From Candidatus Krumholzibacteriota bacterium (lineage in GTDB: Bacteria; Krumholzibacteriota; Krumholzibacteriia; LZORAL124-64-63), in NCBI GenBank assembly GCA_039714075.1, contig JBDLKA010000039.1:1-28672 (forward strand): a DNA stretch of 28,672 nt, written 5' to 3'. Each line of letters begins with the position of its first letter. Within the stretch, counting starts at the first letter, position 1. A program made the translations under genes and the position numbers. Positions 26,213 to 28,672 of this stretch are shown here, piece by piece. The notes under the pieces were generated by a model that made no database searches, was not told the origin of the DNA, and saw nothing but the letters and a program-made list of their open reading frames with translations.

Positions 26213-26983
26213 ATGCTCATCCTTTTGAACAGCACCAAGACCATGGATTTGACGGTGCCGGTGCCCGGCCGCCTGAAAACGACCGAACCCGCTTTCCTGG
26301 CTGTCGCCCGCGACCTGGCCGGTCCCCTGGCGAAGATCAGTCTGGCCCGTCTGGACACCCTGATGGATGTCAAAGGCAAGCTGGCCGACCGGACCCGGGC
26401 CGACCTGGCCCTGTGGGGCAAGGAAGGGCGCGAGAGCCGGCCCGCCCTGCTGGCTTTTACCGGACTGGTCTACAAATACCTGGACGCCCCGTCCCTGAAG
26501 GCGGCCGAATGGAACCGGGCCCGAAAATGTCTGCGCATCCTTTCCGGATTGTACGGGTTGCTGGGCCCCCTGGACGAAGTGGAGGCCTACCGCCTGGAAA
26601 TGGGCAGCAAGGTCAAACCAAAAGGGGCGAAGAACCTGACCGTATTCTGGCGGGATCGCCTGACGGCCGCCCTGAACGCCGAATTGAAGGCCGCCGAACC
26701 GGTGGTCAGCGTCGCTTCGCAGGAGTACGTCAAGGCCCTGGATATCAAGAACCTGAAGGGTCCCTTGATCAGCCCGGTGTTCAAGGAGGAAAGGCCCGAC
26801 GGTTCCCTGCGGACCGCCCCGGTCCACGCCAAGATGGCGCGGGGCGCCCTGGTGCGCTACGCCTTGAAGACCGGGGCCCGGACCCCGGAGGATTTCCTGG
26901 GCTTCGGCGAGATGGGCTGGGAGGCCGCCTCCGAACCGCCGGCTTCCGGTCCTTGGCTGTTTGTCCGGGCCCATCGGGGATGA
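26213..26983 (+). CDS. yaaA: YaaA/DUF328 family peroxide-stress DNA-binding protein
   Basis: MLILLNSTKTMD, PALLAFTGLVYKYLD, ILSGLYGLLGPLD, YRLEMG, ASQEY, AKMARG. Confidence 0.92.
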   Translation: MLILLNSTKTMDLTVPVPGRLKTTEPAFLAVARDLAGPLAKISLARLDTLMDVKGKLADRTRADLALWGKEGRESRPALLAFTGLVYKYLDAPSLKAAEWNRARKCLRILSGLYGLLGPLDEVEAYRLEMGSKVKPKGAKNLTVFWRDRLTAALNAELKAAEPVVSVASQEYVKALDIKNLKGPLISPVFKEERPDGSLRTAPVHAKMARGALVRYALKTGARTPEDFLGFGEMGWEAASEPPASGPWLFVRAHRG

Positions 26984-27018
26984 GACCGTTTACCACCAAC
27001 CGTTGAGGGGAGAAACGG

Positions 27019-28672
27019 ATGGCCGACAGACCAGCCGCCCGACTCAGGAAACTCGAAGGTTTGCGCTTCAGCTTCGCCGCAGGGGCGTCCGTCCGGAAAC
27101 GGGAACTGCTGACCGGATTGGCAGCCGCGGGCCTGGACAACCCGACCCAGGTGCTGCGTCTTCACGAAGTGTTGTGTTTCATGAGGGCCTACCCCGACGA
27201 TCCGGCCCTGCTGGCGCAGGTCGAAGACATGCTGGAGGGCTTCGTCCGGCGGACGGACCTGCGGCGCCACCGGAAATCACTGGCCGACTCCGGCATCGCG
27301 GGCACTTCGATCCACTACGAATTCTACCACCGGATGGCCGTCTGGCTGGCCGACCGTTGGCCGGACCGTCTGCGCATCGATTGGCCGCAATGCGAATCCG
27401 TGGACGCCATCGAAAACATCCTGCCGCACCTCGGTCTCTTCAACGAATCGCCCGCTTTGGATGAACAGCCCTTCACGGCCCGACAGTGGCTGGACAGGAT
27501 GAAGGGCCCCGCGGAGACCGCCGCGGCTTTCCTGGTGCGCCGAATAGCCAAGCTGAAGATGGATCCCTTTTTGCGGGAAAGATTCTTCGAGGGCCTGGCT
27601 GTGCCGATGGTCATCGATCCCGGGCCCGGCGGTCCCTCGCGGACCGGGGCCTGGTCGCCAATCCGCCCGCCCCATTTTCAGACCGGTCCCCTGCGCCGGG
27701 GCCGACCGGACCTGGCCGCCGAACTCAAGCGTTCCTGTCCTGACATACGCTTTGTCCATCCCCCGAAAGGCGAAGAGCTCCTGGACCTGTGCCGGGAAGC
27801 CCTGGTGACGCGCAGCCGCGACCTGGATGCCTTCGCCTTCGGGGATGTCCGGGACGTCCGCCTGGCCGACTGCGGCGACGGCCTGACCGTGGTTTTCATC
27901 GGGATGGTGCCCGAACGCCGCCTGATGTTCGAGACCGTCTACGGCTACGTCCTGCTGAAAAACGGGGTGCCGCTGGGGTACGGGGTGATCAGCGCCCTGT
28001 TCCGGTCGGTCGAAGTGGCCTTCAACGTCTTCGACACATTTCGCGGCGTGGAGGCGGGGTTCATCTTCACCCGGCTGCTGACCACGCTGCGGCACATGTT
28101 CAAAGCCCGGACCTTTACCCTGTTTCCCTACCAGCTGGGTGGTGAGGGGAACGAGGAAGGCCTGGCCTCGGGCGCCTGGTGGTTCTACCAGAAGCTGGGT
28201 TTTCGGCCCCGGGACGGGGAACTGCTTGAATTGATGAACGTAGAACTGGACCGGATGCGAAAATCACCCGGACACCGCTCTAGCCGCGGGGTCCTGAAAC
28301 GGCTGGCCGCCGAAAACGTGTACTACGACCTGGGCAAGCCGCGCCGGGACGTCATCGGGGAACTGCCCCTGGCGAACATCGGCACCCACCTCACCGACTA
28401 TCTGGCCGGCAGGTTCGGCTCCCGGCGGGATCGCGCCGCGGCGGTGTGCGGGAAGGAAGCTGCCGGGTTGCTGGGGATACGCCCTTCGGCCCGGTTCAGC
28501 ATTGACGAAAAGCTGGCCTGGGGCCGATGGGCTCCGTTGGTGATGATCCTGCCAGGGGTGGAGGGCTGGCCCCAGGATGAGAAGCGGGCCCTGGTCGAGG
28601 TCATCCGGGCCAAGGGCGGGCGCCGGGAATCGGATTTCACCCTGAAGTTCGACGCACACACCAAGCTGCGCC
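27019..28672 (+). CDS. Large hypothetical protein (>551 aa, runs off the right edge) with an internal GNAT-like segment
   Basis: Missing from the ORF track (no stop in window). Open frame from ATG 27019 with GAGGGGAG SD and GC3-rich codons: MADRPAARLRKLEGL...LHEVLCFMRAYPDD...LADSGIAGT...GYVLLKNGVPLGYG...AFNVFDTFRG...PYQLG...SGAWWFYQKLGFRP...FDAHTKLR. Confidence 0.88.
   Translation, partial: MADRPAARLRKLEGLRFSFAAGASVRKRELLTGLAAAGLDNPTQVLRLHEVLCFMRAYPDDPALLAQVEDMLEGFVRRTDLRRHRKSLADSGIAGTSIHYEFYHRMAVWLADRWPDRLRIDWPQCESVDAIENILPHLGLFNESPALDEQPFTARQWLDRMKGPAETAAAFLVRRIAKLKMDPFLRERFFEGLAVPMVIDPGPGGPSRTGAWSPIRPPHFQTGPLRRGRPDLAAELKRSCPDIRFVHPPKGEELLDLCREALVTRSRDLDAFAFGDVRDVRLADCGDGLTVVFIGMVPERRLMFETVYGYVLLKNGVPLGYGVISALFRSVEVAFNVFDTFRGVEAGFIFTRLLTTLRHMFKARTFTLFPYQLGGEGNEEGLASGAWWFYQKLGFRPRDGELLELMNVELDRMRKSPGHRSSRGVLKRLAAENVYYDLGKPRRDVIGELPLANIGTHLTDYLAGRFGSRRDRAAAVCGKEAAGLLGIRPSARFSIDEKLAWGRWAPLVMILPGVEGWPQDEKRALVEVIRAKGGRRESDFTLKFDAHTKLR

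Overview
GC-rich bacterial chromosomal window, almost entirely coding, with no mobile elements, tRNA/rRNA or CRISPR array seen. Left to right: a partial MFS transporter and a bifunctional ftcD (minus strand); a divergent operon of a periplasmic adaptor plus two different RND permeases with no outer-membrane channel; a NYN/LabA-DUF88 putative ribonuclease with its own sigma70-type promoter, structured 5' leader and terminator; a class IV PLP enzyme (minus strand); a complete NADH:quinone oxidoreductase (complex I) operon nuoA-B-CD-E-F-G-H-I-J-K-L-M-N with terminator; yaaA; and a large (>551 aa) ORF that runs off the right edge and is missing from the ORF track. Most of this is housekeeping and I cannot show a new system outright. 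The best leads are the cryptic GNAT-like domain in the last ORF, the hairpin-rich leader of the NYN gene, a phased 10-bp tandem repeat between the divergent ftcD and RND units, a Rex-like operator on the nuo promoter, and atypical complex I subunits (short N7-bearing NuoG, NuoH with two extra hydrophobic segments). All calls come from motif reading by eye; no database searches or folding programs were run.
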